Source: Candidatus Bathyarchaeia archaeon (GTDB taxonomy: Archaea; Thermoproteota; Bathyarchaeia; Bathyarchaeales; Bathycorpusculaceae). Taken from it: 64,000 bases of DNA. Where the stretch lies: NCBI GenBank assembly GCA_049515895.1, contig JBEKTQ010000008.1:45241-109240 (forward strand), given 5' to 3'. The position numbers and the translations under genes were made by a program. This document shows, in pieces, positions 31,685 to 42,161 of this stretch. Positions within the stretch are counted from its first letter, which is position 1, and each line of letters begins with the position of its first letter. A model generated the notes under the pieces. The model saw only the letters and a program-made list of their open reading frames with translations. It made no database searches and was not told where the DNA came from.

Positions 31685-31760
31685 TGGAGCCTAGGAGGGG
31701 AATTGAACCCCTGTAAAATCGCTCTGCAGGCGATTGCTTATGCGACTCGGCCACCTAGGC
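31685..31760 (-). tRNA. tRNA-Cys(GCA) copy 1; CCA encoded; atypical D arm
   Basis: GCCTAGG TG GCCG AGTCGCAT AAGC A ATCGC CTGCAGA GCGAT TTTAC AGGGG TTCAATT CCCCT CCTAGGC T CCA. Confidence 0.88.
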
Positions 31761-31889
31761 TTAGCCTGCCATCAAATCTTTCTCAGTCTTTTATTTAAGC
31801 TTGTTCAGACTACGTTTGCGAAAAGGACAATCTAAATTCATCCAAGAAATTCCAGAAAATTAAATTGTCTCGCCGATTCTTGGGGTTTA

Positions 31890-31918
31890 TGCCAAAAAGC
31901 TGGGGATGGGAATTGAAC
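31890..31918 (-). repeat. att site: duplicated 3' end of tRNA-Cys copy 2
   Basis: TGCCAAAAAGCTGGGGATGGGAATTGAAC vs TGCCAAAGAGCTGGGGATGGGAATTGAAC at 51742-51770 (28/29 identical). Confidence 0.9.
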
Positions 31919-32106
31919 TCTCAGCCAGTGGAGAAATCACCCGCAAAACCCCATTTCTTTTTTTGTGTAAATGAATCTCAAGCTGAAATTATTGTGTATA
32001 AGCTTTTATACCCTGTCCCATGGCGACACCTTTGGCATCTCCCGCACAACCCCTCCTTTTTCTTTAAGCTCATAACTTGACTGAAAACAACGAGGAGACA
32101 TAAACA

Positions 32107-32400
32107 TTGGAACCCAAGATCATTGATTGCCCGCATTGCGGCAAAATCATCCCTGAGTACGTTCTCAAAGGGGGATCAATGAGAACTACCGTAACCTGCC
32201 CTGATTGCGGCAGCCGAAGAAACTACAAGAACGGGATGAGGTACACCCGATCTGGGCAAATTCAGACTTACGTATGCCGCCACTGTTACCGCAGGTTTTC
32301 GTGACCACTCAAAATTCTCTGTTTTTTTTTGCCGCTTCATTCTCACGAGTTACTGCATTACGAGGTGAAAGACAAGTTTGGGCGGAGGCGGAAACTTAGG
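32107..32400 (+). pseudogene. Zn-ribbon ORF / decayed 5' part of a second integrase
   Basis: CPDCGSRRNYKNG...YVCRHCYRRFS resembles the integrase N-terminus CPECRSTKLFRDG...WLCRECGYRFS; downstream out-of-frame RQVWAEAE resembles NQICALEAKN. Confidence 0.65.
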
Positions 32401-32523
32401 TCAAATCAAGGCGGCTTGCACTGCGCAAAAATTCGGGCAAACCTTCGGAGGGCGGGCGAGACAATAGTCATTCGAAGTGATCCGAGGGATTTTTTTCTAA
32501 TACTGGAAGGAGAGAATGAGCAT

Positions 32524-32859
32524 TCAGTTGGAATGACCCCGCTCAATCTCTCTTACCTTAATTACAGCAGAAGGCCCCAGCAAATATGAAATGAAACCCA
32601 AAGCAAGACCGACGGCCACACCAATTAATCCACCCACAAAAAATCCCCCGATTGGCCAACCGAAAGTAATAGCAATAATTAACCACTTAATTTTTCGGTT
32701 TCCCTCGAAGAACTCTCGTCGTTTTTCCCAGTTTAAAGAATCTTTAAATGCGATATAATCAATCAAAGTCTTAGATTTATTCTTCGCCAAGTTTCCGCAT
32801 TTTGGACAGGGCCCAGTGTAATCCGATGCCATAATTTCGCCACATTTGCTGCAGACCAC
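32524..32859 (-). CDS. Small Zn-ribbon membrane protein
   Basis: CSKC..CPKC plus two TMs. Confidence 0.6.
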   Translation of the reverse strand: MVCSKCGEIMASDYTGPCPKCGNLAKNKSKTLIDYIAFKDSLNWEKRREFFEGNRKIKWLIIAITFGWPIGGFFVGGLIGVAVGLALGFISYLLGPSAVIKVREIERGHSN

Positions 32860-33122
32860 CTTCGTTTCTAGCTCTTTACTCGATTTTCAGGTCCCTCATG
32901 CATTCCTTAGATAGGCATTGATCATGTGTTAAGATAATAAGAGGGTTAAATGACAAATTTAAGGTTAGCATTTCGCGGCGGGCGGGGAAGGATCCGATCC
33001 TACGCCCTGCAAGCGATTTCACCCAAGAATTCCTCTTTTTCATTAATAATGTGAAGCGCGCTTGCCCTGCCCGAAAAGGATGAGCATATATTATTATTTA
33101 ATTATGACAATATAACATTTGG

Positions 33123-34484
33123 TTGTCAGGATTGTTTACTATGAAAAAGTCTAATTATGCCCTCGTCATTTTTACTTTTGTTTTGACTTTATCAGCGTTT
33201 TTCTGTCTTGTATTGTCTCCAGCGGCACTTGCATCCGGTAATTCTTCCTCGGCTGATTGGCCGATGTTTCACCATGATCTTACTCATTCAGGTTACTCAA
33301 CCAGCACGCCAACTGCAACTAACGCCACTTTACTATGGAACTATACGACCAACAACCCAGTTGGCGCTTCGCCTGCAATCGCCAACGGTCGCGTATATAT
33401 AGGTTCTGACGGTGGAATCGCCTACTGCCTTAATGCCTCAAGCGGGTCCGAAATATGGAATTTCACAGTCGTTACTACAAGCAGAGGGCTTCAAGGCGAG
33501 GGAGTCCCAGCAATTAGTTCTTCGATGGCTGTTGCTAATGGTTACGTCTATTTTGGATGTTACGACCGAAACGTGTATTGCCTGAACGCTTTAACTGGCG
33601 AAAAGGTTTGGAATTTCACAACCGGAAATGCTGTGGAGTCTTGCCCCTCAGCCGCTAATGGGTACCTATATGTGGGGTCATGGGATGGGAATGTTTACTG
33701 TTTTGATGCTACTACTGGTGCCAAAATATGGAATTATTCAACGGGTGGACTTGTAGAGTCTTCACCCGCATATGTGGGCGGTCACATCTATGTTGGTTCA
33801 ATAAATGGTAATGTTTATTGTCTTGACGCTTTATCTGGCGCGAAAATTTGGAACTATACCACTGGGAACGTTGTACAGTCTTCTCCTGCGGTTGTTGACG
33901 GTCGCCTCTATATAGGATCAGAGGACGATAATGTCTATTGCCTTAATGCGTCAAATGGAATTAAAATATGGAGCTATCCAACTCAGGGTTGGGTTGACTC
34001 TTCCCCTGCAGTTGTCAATGGGTATGTTTACGTTGGGACTGGAGAGTCTGCGAACCCGGACAAAAATGTTTACTGCCTCAACGCGTTAACTGGGACGAAA
34101 ATCTGGAACTATACTACGCAAGACGGGGTAGATTCCTCTCCTGCAGTGGCTGGCGACTATGTTTACGTTGGAGGGTGGGATGGAAATGTTTATTGTCTAA
34201 ACGCATCCACTGGGGCAAATATTTGGACCTACACCACTGGAAATCACGTGAGTTCTTCTCCTGCTGTTTGGAACGGGATCGTTTATGTCGGATCATGGGA
34301 CCATCATGTTTACGCTTTCGGCAACCCGCTGGTAACGTCCACACCTTCGTCAGGAATGCTCTCGCTTACAGCAGAAATCATTTACATAGCAGTTGTTGCA
34401 ATCGTCGTTGTAGTCATCGCTGCGGCAGTAATAATGCTTCGACACAAAAAACAGTCCATTAGCGAGAAACAAGCTATCCATTGA
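33123..34484 (+). CDS. Secreted PQQ-like beta-propeller repeat protein with C-terminal TM anchor
   Basis: About 8 repeats of SSPAV..G.VYVGS.D.NVYCLNA.TG..IWNYTT; signal peptide. Confidence 0.9.
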   Translation: MSGLFTMKKSNYALVIFTFVLTLSAFFCLVLSPAALASGNSSSADWPMFHHDLTHSGYSTSTPTATNATLLWNYTTNNPVGASPAIANGRVYIGSDGGIAYCLNASSGSEIWNFTVVTTSRGLQGEGVPAISSSMAVANGYVYFGCYDRNVYCLNALTGEKVWNFTTGNAVESCPSAANGYLYVGSWDGNVYCFDATTGAKIWNYSTGGLVESSPAYVGGHIYVGSINGNVYCLDALSGAKIWNYTTGNVVQSSPAVVDGRLYIGSEDDNVYCLNASNGIKIWSYPTQGWVDSSPAVVNGYVYVGTGESANPDKNVYCLNALTGTKIWNYTTQDGVDSSPAVAGDYVYVGGWDGNVYCLNASTGANIWTYTTGNHVSSSPAVWNGIVYVGSWDHHVYAFGNPLVTSTPSSGMLSLTAEIIYIAVVAIVVVVIAAAVIMLRHKKQSISEKQAIH

Positions 34485-34519
34485 ACAGGTCAAAAACTTA
34501 CTAACCTCTGACCGGAAAA

Positions 34520-34849
34520 CTAAGTCGTCCAGAAAGAAAAAATCTCCAAGTTCTCTTTTTCAAACTCTTTCTTTAGAATAACCTTGACTTCGTCTTCATC
34601 TAGGTTCCAGAGACCATTTTTGCCTTTGCGCAAAGGAATCCCTGTCTCTCTCAGAGACTGACCTTTGGGGAAATCCAGAAAAATGTAGTACCGCTTGTCA
34701 TGCATCAATATTATTCTTAATGTTGTAAGTTCTTTGTTTGGAGAGAGAGCATTTTGCTCAAGAATATAGACTATCGATTTCGGCTTCTTTTCCCTAACTA
34801 AGCGTTTGAATTCCTCCCAGCTTCTAACCCTGATATGACCTTCACTCAT
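34520..34849 (-). CDS. Hypothetical protein
   Basis: Overlaps the arsC stop; operonic. Confidence 0.6.
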   Translation of the reverse strand: MSEGHIRVRSWEEFKRLVREKKPKSIVYILEQNALSPNKELTTLRIILMHDKRYYIFLDFPKGQSLRETGIPLRKGKNGLWNLDEDEVKVILKKEFEKENLEIFSFWTT

Positions 34850-35237
34850 TTTCTTCGATTAACCTTTTGACCTTGTGCTCAATTTCGTCTCTAATTTCTC
34901 GTACTAACGTTAGGGGCTTTCCTTTAGGATCCTGAAGTTTCCAGTCAATTGTTGGCTTGAAGAAGGGACCAGGGCAGATCTCCTGATCATTACAACCCAT
35001 TGTGACAATCAAGTCTACATCTAGAGCCATTTTGGCAGTGAGTAATTTTGGTTTGTTATTAGATATGTCAATGCCAACCTCTTTCATTGCTTCCACAACC
35101 ACAGGGTTAACGTTGCTTGCAGGTTTGTTGCCTGCACTAAACACCTCAAACTTGTCCTTTCCAAACTTTTTGGCAAAAGCCTCAGCCATTTGACTCCTAC
35201 CTGCATTTTCAACACAGACAAAAAGGATTTTCTTCAT
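34842..35237 (-). CDS. arsC: Arsenate reductase ArsC (LMW-PTP fold)
   Basis: CVENAGRSQMAE, MGC...CP, W.L.DP. Confidence 0.9.
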   Translation of the reverse strand: MKKILFVCVENAGRSQMAEAFAKKFGKDKFEVFSAGNKPASNVNPVVVEAMKEVGIDISNNKPKLLTAKMALDVDLIVTMGCNDQEICPGPFFKPTIDWKLQDPKGKPLTLVREIRDEIEHKVKRLIEENE

Positions 35238-35300
35238 CTTACTTCCTCACTGATCAATCAGTACTACTTTCTATGGGTTAAAGAAAATAGTAAGCTGAAA

Positions 35301-35585
35301 TTAGGTTTTGTCTTCTTTTATTTTGGTTATTATCTTCTGTGTTTCCTCCTCCGAGGGATGAGTGATAGCACCGGTAGGACAAATGTCCTCACAACCTCTG
35401 CAAAATACAACACATCTGTTTGGGTTTACCACAGTTCGTTTTTCACCATCTTTTTCCTCTATTCTAAAGGCACTCGTATGGCAAAAATCAACGCATTTTC
35501 CGCATGTTACACACTTTTCATAATCTATCTTTGGGTCCCAAGGTATTTTGCCTCTGGGGATACCTTCGTATGTTTCCTCGGACAT
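35301..35585 (-). CDS. 2x[4Fe-4S] ferredoxin
   Basis: CVTCGKCVDFC and CVVFCRGCEDICP. Confidence 0.88.
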   Translation of the reverse strand: MSEETYEGIPRGKIPWDPKIDYEKCVTCGKCVDFCHTSAFRIEEKDGEKRTVVNPNRCVVFCRGCEDICPTGAITHPSEEETQKIITKIKEDKT

Positions 35586-35752
35586 TTTTCGCTCTTCCCT
35601 TGTTCGTCGAGTAATAATTAATGGTAGTCAATTATTTTATGCTTAACTCTTTCCTAGCGGCTGGCCTTTAGTTCTTCTTTGCAAAACGACAACACATGAT
35701 AATTGAGACAATGGCGCGCGCGTTTACATAACGACTAGCCACATTTGTGCTC

Positions 35753-36496
35753 TTATTCGATCCTTTTCTTGAGTACGGCAGTGGCTATCGTGAGAAATAT
35801 AACAGTAAACACGAATAAGGCGGCTATATCGATAAGGTAAATGTTGGTAACTGCAGAACTAGATATGCATTTTTGTAGGGCTTCAATGGAGTAAGTGAGT
35901 GGAAGGAAACGGGCAACAACTTGCAGCGGTAGAGGGTAAGTTGTCAAAGCTACAAAAGTTCCGGAAAGAAAAGTCATTGGGAACCTCAAAAAATTAGCAT
36001 ACATCTGCGCGTCCGGAACCCACTTTGCATAAACAGAAGTTATTATCCCGAGCGCCGAAAACGCCATCGAGGCAAAGGCAATTGCCACTACAGCGAGCGA
36101 TGGATTCATTACAGTTACTTCTGCAAAAGCCGCTAGTGGAAAAATCGTTACGGCGGCAAGTATGAGCCCAAAGAAGAAACCTGCTATTGTTTTTCCCAAG
36201 ATTATTGTAAACAATGAAACCGGCGCTACCAGTAACCTGTCAAAGGTTCCTGTCTGTTTTTCCAAGACAACCGCAACTGCTTCGATAGAAGTTGTGCCGA
36301 AAAGCATTGATAGCGAAGAAAGCCCAGCCACTATCAGAACTGGACTTATATTCCCAGCCATACTAAACGCTAAGAATAGCGAAATTGGAATCAAAAGTCC
36401 AAATGTAAAGTTCGGTGCCTTGAAGTAGTAAACCTTCGCATCTTTCACTGCAATGTAAAATGCTTTAATTAACGGGTCAGCCCACGATCTAGCCAA
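35753..36496 (-). CDS. ABC-2 type permease
   Basis: 6 TMs, EKQTGT.RLL.AP, FLSG.F, LPLTY. Confidence 0.88.
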   Translation of the reverse strand: MARSWADPLIKAFYIAVKDAKVYYFKAPNFTFGLLIPISLFLAFSMAGNISPVLIVAGLSSLSMLFGTTSIEAVAVVLEKQTGTFDRLLVAPVSLFTIILGKTIAGFFFGLILAAVTIFPLAAFAEVTVMNPSLAVVAIAFASMAFSALGIITSVYAKWVPDAQMYANFLRFPMTFLSGTFVALTTYPLPLQVVARFLPLTYSIEALQKCISSSAVTNIYLIDIAALFVFTVIFLTIATAVLKKRIE

Positions 36497-37469
36497 GGTT
36501 CGCCGCCTTCTTTCCTTGTTCCTTCTCAGTCTTCATGACTTCTGCGCTTAGCCCTGTCAATTCCACAAAAACATCCTCTAAACTCGGGTTTAAGGTGTTT
36601 ATCGAGACAATTTTTAGGTCATTCTCTTTGGCGAAATCAACTATCAGAGGGATTGCTTCTGAAGTGCTCTTAAAGTGAAGTCTGAATTTGTCTCCAAACT
36701 GCGCCACCTTTTCCATGTCTCTTAAGCTTGTCAGTTTGTTTTCGAGACTTTTTGTCTGATCAAAAGATACTTCAACGATTGGATGCTTTTCAATTGAAGC
36801 TTTCAGTTTCTGTGGACCGTCTAAAGCAACTATTTTGCCTTTGTTAATCATGGCGACGCGTTGACATAGCTGGTCGGCTTCTTCAATGTAATGCGTAGTC
36901 AGAAAGACAGTAACACCTGTCTCATTGAGGTCTTTAATCAATTTTCTTATCATGCGAGAACTTTGGACATCTAACCCCGAAGTAGGTTCATCCAAAAAGA
37001 GTAAGCTAGGTGAATGAACTAGAGCCGCTGCTATTGTTAATCTTCTCTTCATGCCCTTAGAAAAGACTCCCGTCCGATCCCTTCGACGTTCATAGAGTTC
37101 GAAGAGTTCCAGCAGCTCCTTTGCCTTTTTTTCTCTCTCATTCTTGGCCACTCTGTAAAGTTGCGCAGCAAAAATCAAGTTGTCCCAAGCGCTCATCTCA
37201 TCATAGACGTTCGAGTTTTCAGGCACGACACCTATGGAACTCTTCGCCTCAACCGGTTGCCGAAGCATATCTAAGCCTGCAACCATAAGGGTTCCTGAAG
37301 ATGGATTGGTTTGTCCAGTAAGCATCTTAGTTGTCGTCGTTTTACCAGCACCATTGGGACCTAAGAAGCCGAAGATTTCGCCTTTCTTTACCTGAAAACT
37401 TATGTGGTCCACTGCCAAAAAGTTGGCATAATATTTCGTTAAATCTTTAACCTCTATCGCTTCAGTCAT
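36489..37469 (-). CDS. ABC transporter ATPase (DrrA-like)
   Basis: GPNGAGKTT, SKGM, LDEPT, TTH. Confidence 0.92.
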   Translation of the reverse strand: MTEAIEVKDLTKYYANFLAVDHISFQVKKGEIFGFLGPNGAGKTTTTKMLTGQTNPSSGTLMVAGLDMLRQPVEAKSSIGVVPENSNVYDEMSAWDNLIFAAQLYRVAKNEREKKAKELLELFELYERRRDRTGVFSKGMKRRLTIAAALVHSPSLLFLDEPTSGLDVQSSRMIRKLIKDLNETGVTVFLTTHYIEEADQLCQRVAMINKGKIVALDGPQKLKASIEKHPIVEVSFDQTKSLENKLTSLRDMEKVAQFGDKFRLHFKSTSEAIPLIVDFAKENDLKIVSINTLNPSLEDVFVELTGLSAEVMKTEKEQGKKAANLG

Positions 37470-37684
37470 GGTTCTATGCCTTATTTAATCCGTTGACTTC
37501 AAAAGTTTGTAAGGTCTGAGGCTTTTATTAGACTATTGCTAACAAAAAAGCATGGCAGTCTAATCTTTCTCAGCACGATAGCCTTCACCTTTGTCATTAA
37601 GCGAAAACTAAAATACCATAATTCGACCGATCGAAAAAGAGTAAAGAAACAAAAAAAGAACGTAAGAGGGTAAACCTTAACGGT

Positions 37685-37897
37685 TTAGCAGTTGTCGTGA
37701 CTGCAACTGCAGTTTTGACTTGACGAGTTACCGCCGATGTATTTTTGGGGGTTTGCTTCGAAGGATTTTTTGCATCCTGGAGCACAGAAATAGTAGTATT
37801 TGCCTTGGTAGATTGTTTTGTATTTTGCAGTTTTCTCATCAACTTCCATATTACATACTAAATCTTTAGCCATAACTTTTTCACCTCCCACCAACAT
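37685..37897 (-). CDS. YHS-domain metallochaperone
   Basis: KDLVCNMEV, YYFCAPGC, Cys/His tail. Confidence 0.85.
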   Translation of the reverse strand: MLVGGEKVMAKDLVCNMEVDEKTAKYKTIYQGKYYYFCAPGCKKSFEANPQKYIGGNSSSQNCSCSHDNC

Positions 37898-37914
37898 TGC
37901 TTAATTTTTTATGA

Positions 37915-40332
37915 TTATATTTTAGGTCTAAATCTCCTAAGGAGTGAAGCGTTGGTAACTACTGTTACTGAGCTGCTTGCCATGGCCGCTGCCGCGTACA
38001 CTGGATTAAATAGCACATGTAAGATGGGGTAGAATGCACCTGCTGCCAAGGGAACGAGGATGATGTTGTAGAAGAATGCCCAGAATAGGTTCTGCCGGAT
38101 TTTCTTCATCGTGGCGCGGCTCAACTGAATAGCTACAACTACATCCCTCAAATCATTCTTAATCAAGACAATGTCCCCTGTTTCAATAGCTACATCTGTT
38201 CCGCTGCCAACAGCAATTCCAATGTTTGCTTGCGCCAAAGCCGGAGCATCGTTTATTCCGTCTCCAACCATAGCAACAACTTTGCCTTCGGATTGCAGCC
38301 GCTTTATCTCGGTGCTTTTTTCACTAGGAAGAACCTCGGAGAACACGCCATTAACACCCAATTGTTTTGCTATAGCGTTGGCTGTTCTTTGATTATCACC
38401 TGTAATCATGATGACCTCCAGGCCCATTTGCTGAAGGGTTTTTACGGCATCACCAGAGTGTTCTTTTAAGGTGTCAGCCACGGCTAATAATCCTGCAAGC
38501 TGAGTGTCAACTGCAAGGAGCATTGCGGTTTTTCCTTCTTCCTCAAGCTCCTTCATTTTAACTTCAAACGAGCCAATGTCAAGGTTGTTTGCTTCCATGA
38601 GTCTGCGGTTGCCTAGCAATATTTTAGTGCCTTTATGCCCTACTTCCACGCCATATCCCGGGAGGGCGTTGAAGATGTCAGGCTCATCAATTTGGAGGCC
38701 TTTCGCTTTTGCCTTTTTTACAATAGCTTCACCAAGTGGGTGCTCAGAGTTTTTCTCTGCGATGCTGGCTAGCTGTAAAAGTTGGTCTTCCTTGAACGCT
38801 TCTGTTGGGATAATATCTGTGACTTCAGGCTCGCCTTTTGTGAGTGTTCCTGTTTTATCAAAAACTACCGTTTGAAGCTTATAAGCCGCTTCCAATGTTT
38901 CGCCGTTTTTAATTAAAATTCCGTTTTCTGCTCCTTTCCCAACCCCAACCATAATGGCCGTGGGGGTAGCAAGTCCAAGAGCGCAGGGACAAGCAACAAT
39001 TAACACAGCGATGAAAACTGTAAGGGCAAAAATGAAGGTCGCGCCAGTTATGAAATACCATGCCAACGCTGAGATCGTGGCAGTTATTATGATAATTGGA
39101 ACAAAATAACCTGACGCGATATCTGCCAGTCTTTGAATAGGTGCTTTGGAACTTAAAGCATCTTCAACCATGCTTATGATCTGGGCAAGAACTGTGTCTT
39201 TGCCGACTTTGGTGGCTTTGAATTTCAGCACCCCAGTTTTATTCATGGTGGCACCCACCACTTGGTCGCCGCTCTTTTTTTCAATGGGGATACTTTCGCC
39301 CGTGATGACTTTCTCATCTACTGCTGAGTAGCCTTCGGTAACGATGCCGTCAACAGGGATTTTTTCTCCTGGTCTAACAACCACAATATCGCCTACTTGG
39401 ACCTCTTCGATAGGGATTTCCTGTTCTAGGCCATTTCTGATTACTCTGGCAGTCTTTGCTTGGAGCCCCATGATTTTTCTGATGGCTTCTGAGGTTCTGC
39501 CTTTTGCTATGGCATCTAAGAGTTTTCCCAGCAAAATGAAGCTCATAATCATTGTAGCTGTATCGAAGAATACTCCTGCGCCTGGAAAGGTGCTTGGTGC
39601 AAAAGTAACTGCGGTGCTGTAGAGCCAAGCGGTGGATGTTCCCATAGCAATTAAGGTATCCATGTTAGTGGTTTTGTTTCTCAAGCCCTTGTATGCGCCT
39701 ACGTAGAAGGTCCATCCGACAATGAATTGTACTGGAGTTGCTAGGATAAACATCAAAATGTTGTTTTGTTCCTTGGGCAAAACGGGGAACCACATCAAGA
39801 GGATGATAGGGATAGTCAATGCAACACTTGCTGTCAAAAGGATTTTTAGCCGTTGAATGTGGCGTTGGCGCTCTTTGCCTTCAGCATCCTGAACGGTTTT
39901 TTCGGGTTCAATGACTTGATATCCAACGTCTTGTACGGTTTTGCTGATTCCAGCGAGGCTTATTTGCTCTGGGTTATATTCAACTGAGACTTTTTCCGTT
40001 GCAAAGTTGACCGTTGCATTATAGACACCCTCTTTGCTGTTTAATGCTTTTTCTATGCTTTGGGCGCAGTTAACGCAGCTCATTCCGCCTACTTGAAGCA
40101 TGATTTTCTCATGGATAACTCGGTATCCTGCTTCAACGACGGTATTTTCTATGGTTTTCTGGTCAACGAGGTCTGGGTTGTATTCTATGATTGCTTTCTC
40201 GGCGGCAAAGTTAACGGTGGCGTGTTTTACGCCATTTAATTTAGAGAGCGCCTTCTCTATGGTAAGTGAGCAGTTTATGCAGCTCATGCCGCCGATGTTA
40301 AGAGTGATTTTTTTGTTTTTTTCTCGGCTCAT
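37915..40332 (-). CDS. copA: Cu(I)-translocating P1B ATPase
   Basis: Two GMSCxxC HMA domains, CPC, DKTGT, GDGIND, YN and MxxSS. Confidence 0.95.
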   Translation of the reverse strand: MSREKNKKITLNIGGMSCINCSLTIEKALSKLNGVKHATVNFAAEKAIIEYNPDLVDQKTIENTVVEAGYRVIHEKIMLQVGGMSCVNCAQSIEKALNSKEGVYNATVNFATEKVSVEYNPEQISLAGISKTVQDVGYQVIEPEKTVQDAEGKERQRHIQRLKILLTASVALTIPIILLMWFPVLPKEQNNILMFILATPVQFIVGWTFYVGAYKGLRNKTTNMDTLIAMGTSTAWLYSTAVTFAPSTFPGAGVFFDTATMIMSFILLGKLLDAIAKGRTSEAIRKIMGLQAKTARVIRNGLEQEIPIEEVQVGDIVVVRPGEKIPVDGIVTEGYSAVDEKVITGESIPIEKKSGDQVVGATMNKTGVLKFKATKVGKDTVLAQIISMVEDALSSKAPIQRLADIASGYFVPIIIITATISALAWYFITGATFIFALTVFIAVLIVACPCALGLATPTAIMVGVGKGAENGILIKNGETLEAAYKLQTVVFDKTGTLTKGEPEVTDIIPTEAFKEDQLLQLASIAEKNSEHPLGEAIVKKAKAKGLQIDEPDIFNALPGYGVEVGHKGTKILLGNRRLMEANNLDIGSFEVKMKELEEEGKTAMLLAVDTQLAGLLAVADTLKEHSGDAVKTLQQMGLEVIMITGDNQRTANAIAKQLGVNGVFSEVLPSEKSTEIKRLQSEGKVVAMVGDGINDAPALAQANIGIAVGSGTDVAIETGDIVLIKNDLRDVVVAIQLSRATMKKIRQNLFWAFFYNIILVPLAAGAFYPILHVLFNPVYAAAAMASSSVTVVTNASLLRRFRPKI

Positions 40333-40400
40333 ATATTGTTTGCCTTCACTTGAGTCTTTTTTGCGTTTAACTTGGTCAAGTCCATTTTTAGATAATGCTG

Positions 40401-41381
40401 TCATTCGAGCTGGTAAATATTTCCAACGCTACTGCAAGCAAAGGCATTTGGGAACGTTTGAGCTATCGAGATTATTGCTCGCCATCCCGTGCAATGCGAG
40501 GGTACGATTAATTCAGGATTAATGTCTTTTAGCTCTTCTATCGTAGGTTCAATTCTCTTCTCAAATTCTTTTCCAGCTAAATGAAAGCCGCCCAATATCG
40601 CGTGAACCTTTGTTAATCCGGTAATCTGTTGAGCATATCGTACAGTGTTAATAATGCCAGCGTGAGCACACCCAGAAATGATAACTAAGCCCTTGTCCTT
40701 GATATTAATGACTAAGGCACGGTCATCCAGAACTAACGGATCGGGTAGCCAAGAATTATCACTATAGATTTTATTTTGCATTAAACCCTTTTCAAAAGTC
40801 ACTTTTCTCGGAATTTCTCCGGTGATGCAAACCAAATCATTGGCAATTAAACACGGTTTTTTTGTGTTTACAATTTTTGCTGGAGTTAGCTGTTCTGAAC
40901 TCGGAAAAAGTGGATACTCTCTTATATCTCCGCTAAAACTGGCGGTTCCTCTACGTTTAACCATATCTTCGTGAGTTATTATTGGTAGGTCGATTTTGTT
41001 AACAGCTTCAACTATTGCTTGTAATCCGCCAAAATGATCATAATGACCATGGGAAAGGACAACATAAGAAACTTCGCTTAAGTCAATGCCCATACGCTTA
41101 GCATTTATAACGACTCCGTTAGAACTGATGCCGGTGTCAAAAAGAATTGTGCACGTTTCTTGATTTCGAAAAACTCTAACAAGCATACAAAAACCGTGCT
41201 CTGCAAACGGCAACTCTGTATGCGCCTGAGCCCATTCCGATCCATATTGCTCTTTAGTCCAGTGTCGAAGCGATTGCACTTCTTTTCTAACATTGCTTGA
41301 AAGAAAATCTACATTGTTGTCCACTAAGGAAACAATTTCCAGCTTTGATGCTTCTTTCAAGTCCACGGTTTCTATCGCCAA
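40401..41381 (-). CDS. MBL-fold metallo-hydrolase (COG1237-like)
   Basis: SHGHYDH, GCAHAG, GGFHL, HCTG. Confidence 0.85.
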   Translation of the reverse strand: MAIETVDLKEASKLEIVSLVDNNVDFLSSNVRKEVQSLRHWTKEQYGSEWAQAHTELPFAEHGFCMLVRVFRNQETCTILFDTGISSNGVVINAKRMGIDLSEVSYVVLSHGHYDHFGGLQAIVEAVNKIDLPIITHEDMVKRRGTASFSGDIREYPLFPSSEQLTPAKIVNTKKPCLIANDLVCITGEIPRKVTFEKGLMQNKIYSDNSWLPDPLVLDDRALVINIKDKGLVIISGCAHAGIINTVRYAQQITGLTKVHAILGGFHLAGKEFEKRIEPTIEELKDINPELIVPSHCTGWRAIISIAQTFPNAFACSSVGNIYQLE

Positions 41382-41393
41382 ATACTAACCCAA

Positions 41394-41981
41394 CTATAGA
41401 GTTCCTCGGTAATGTTCTGTGCTTGGGCAGCCAACACATTTTTGAATCTCGTATCGGTTGCATGGGTCGCAATCAACATTGCACGGTGAAACCTTGTTTT
41501 CTTTATGTGCAAGCTGTTCCCTTATCTGAAGGAACGGTGAAAAGTAAGTTTCGCTTACAGGGTAGAATTCTGAACGGCGTATGCCTCTGCTGCATCTGAG
41601 AGAGCATTTTTCCATGGAAATGCTTTCAAGCGTTTCTTCAGTTTCTGCCACCACGAGCGCAATAAGGTTGTAGCCGCCCACTGTTTTGAAAATCTGAACT
41701 ATTCTGGGGCACTGCTCAAACCGTTTTAGGAGTTCCTGCATTGCTTCTGCGCTTTCCATTTCGAGCATTACTATTGCCGGGTGAAGCTTGAGTACGCTTG
41801 GGTTGATTAGAGCTGACACTTTGATTGTGCCTTTTTTTAGTAGTCGCTCTAGTCTTTTCTTGGTTCCCATACTTGTGAAGTTTATGGATTTTGCTAGTTC
41901 TTTCAGGGTCATACGTCCGTCCACTTGAAGTTGTGAGATTATTTTCTTATCGATTTCATCCATTTTGCTCATTTCGGCCAT
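41394..41981 (-). CDS. Lrp/AsnC regulator with Cys-rich C-terminal extension
   Basis: DEIDKKII..LQ.DGR HTH; tail CNVDCDPCNRYEIQKCVGC. Confidence 0.88.
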   Translation of the reverse strand: MAEMSKMDEIDKKIISQLQVDGRMTLKELAKSINFTSMGTKKRLERLLKKGTIKVSALINPSVLKLHPAIVMLEMESAEAMQELLKRFEQCPRIVQIFKTVGGYNLIALVVAETEETLESISMEKCSLRCSRGIRRSEFYPVSETYFSPFLQIREQLAHKENKVSPCNVDCDPCNRYEIQKCVGCPSTEHYRGTL

Positions 41982-41994
41982 TTGACAATCACTT

Positions 41995-42040
41995 GTTTAT
42001 TTTATAAACAAAAAGTATTAATAAGGTTTACGTATTAAAC
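41995..42040. promoter_or_regulatory. Double operator GTTTA-N5-TAAAC flanking TATTAATA (copy 1)
   Basis: GTTTATTTTATAAAC at 41995-42009; TATTAATA at 42016-42023; GTTTACGTATTAAAC at 42026-42040. Confidence 0.85.
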
Positions 42041-42064
42041 TGACTCACATTCCAGCATGGTGAA

Positions 42065-42157
42065 ATGAAAAGTATAATCAATCAAGCTAACACTTCAGAG
42101 CAATGCGAAGCTGAATGCGATTCCTGCCTAAGGAATCAGGACCCTGAAAGGAGGTGA
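42065..42157 (+). CDS. 30-aa micropeptide MKSIINQANTSEQCEAECDSCLRNQDPERR with CxxxCxxC (not in ORF track)
   Basis: GGTGA just upstream; stop overlaps the GGAGGTGA SD of the next gene. Confidence 0.5.
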   Translation: MKSIINQANTSEQCEAECDSCLRNQDPERR

Positions 42158-42161
42158 GTGA

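Noticed and set aside
32975-33010. GC-rich hairpin GGGCGGGGAAGGATCCGATCCTACGCCC resembling an archaeal SECIS
   Set aside because: The internal loop does not fit GAA/A exactly and no in-frame UGA selenoprotein is evident nearby.
33123-34484. Periodic ~120-bp DNA repeats that might suggest a CRISPR array
   Set aside because: They are degenerate coding repeats of propeller blades, with no identical repeat/spacer structure.
35301-35585. Ferredoxin as HgcB (mercury methylation)
   Set aside because: No C-terminal CC motif and no hgcA nearby.
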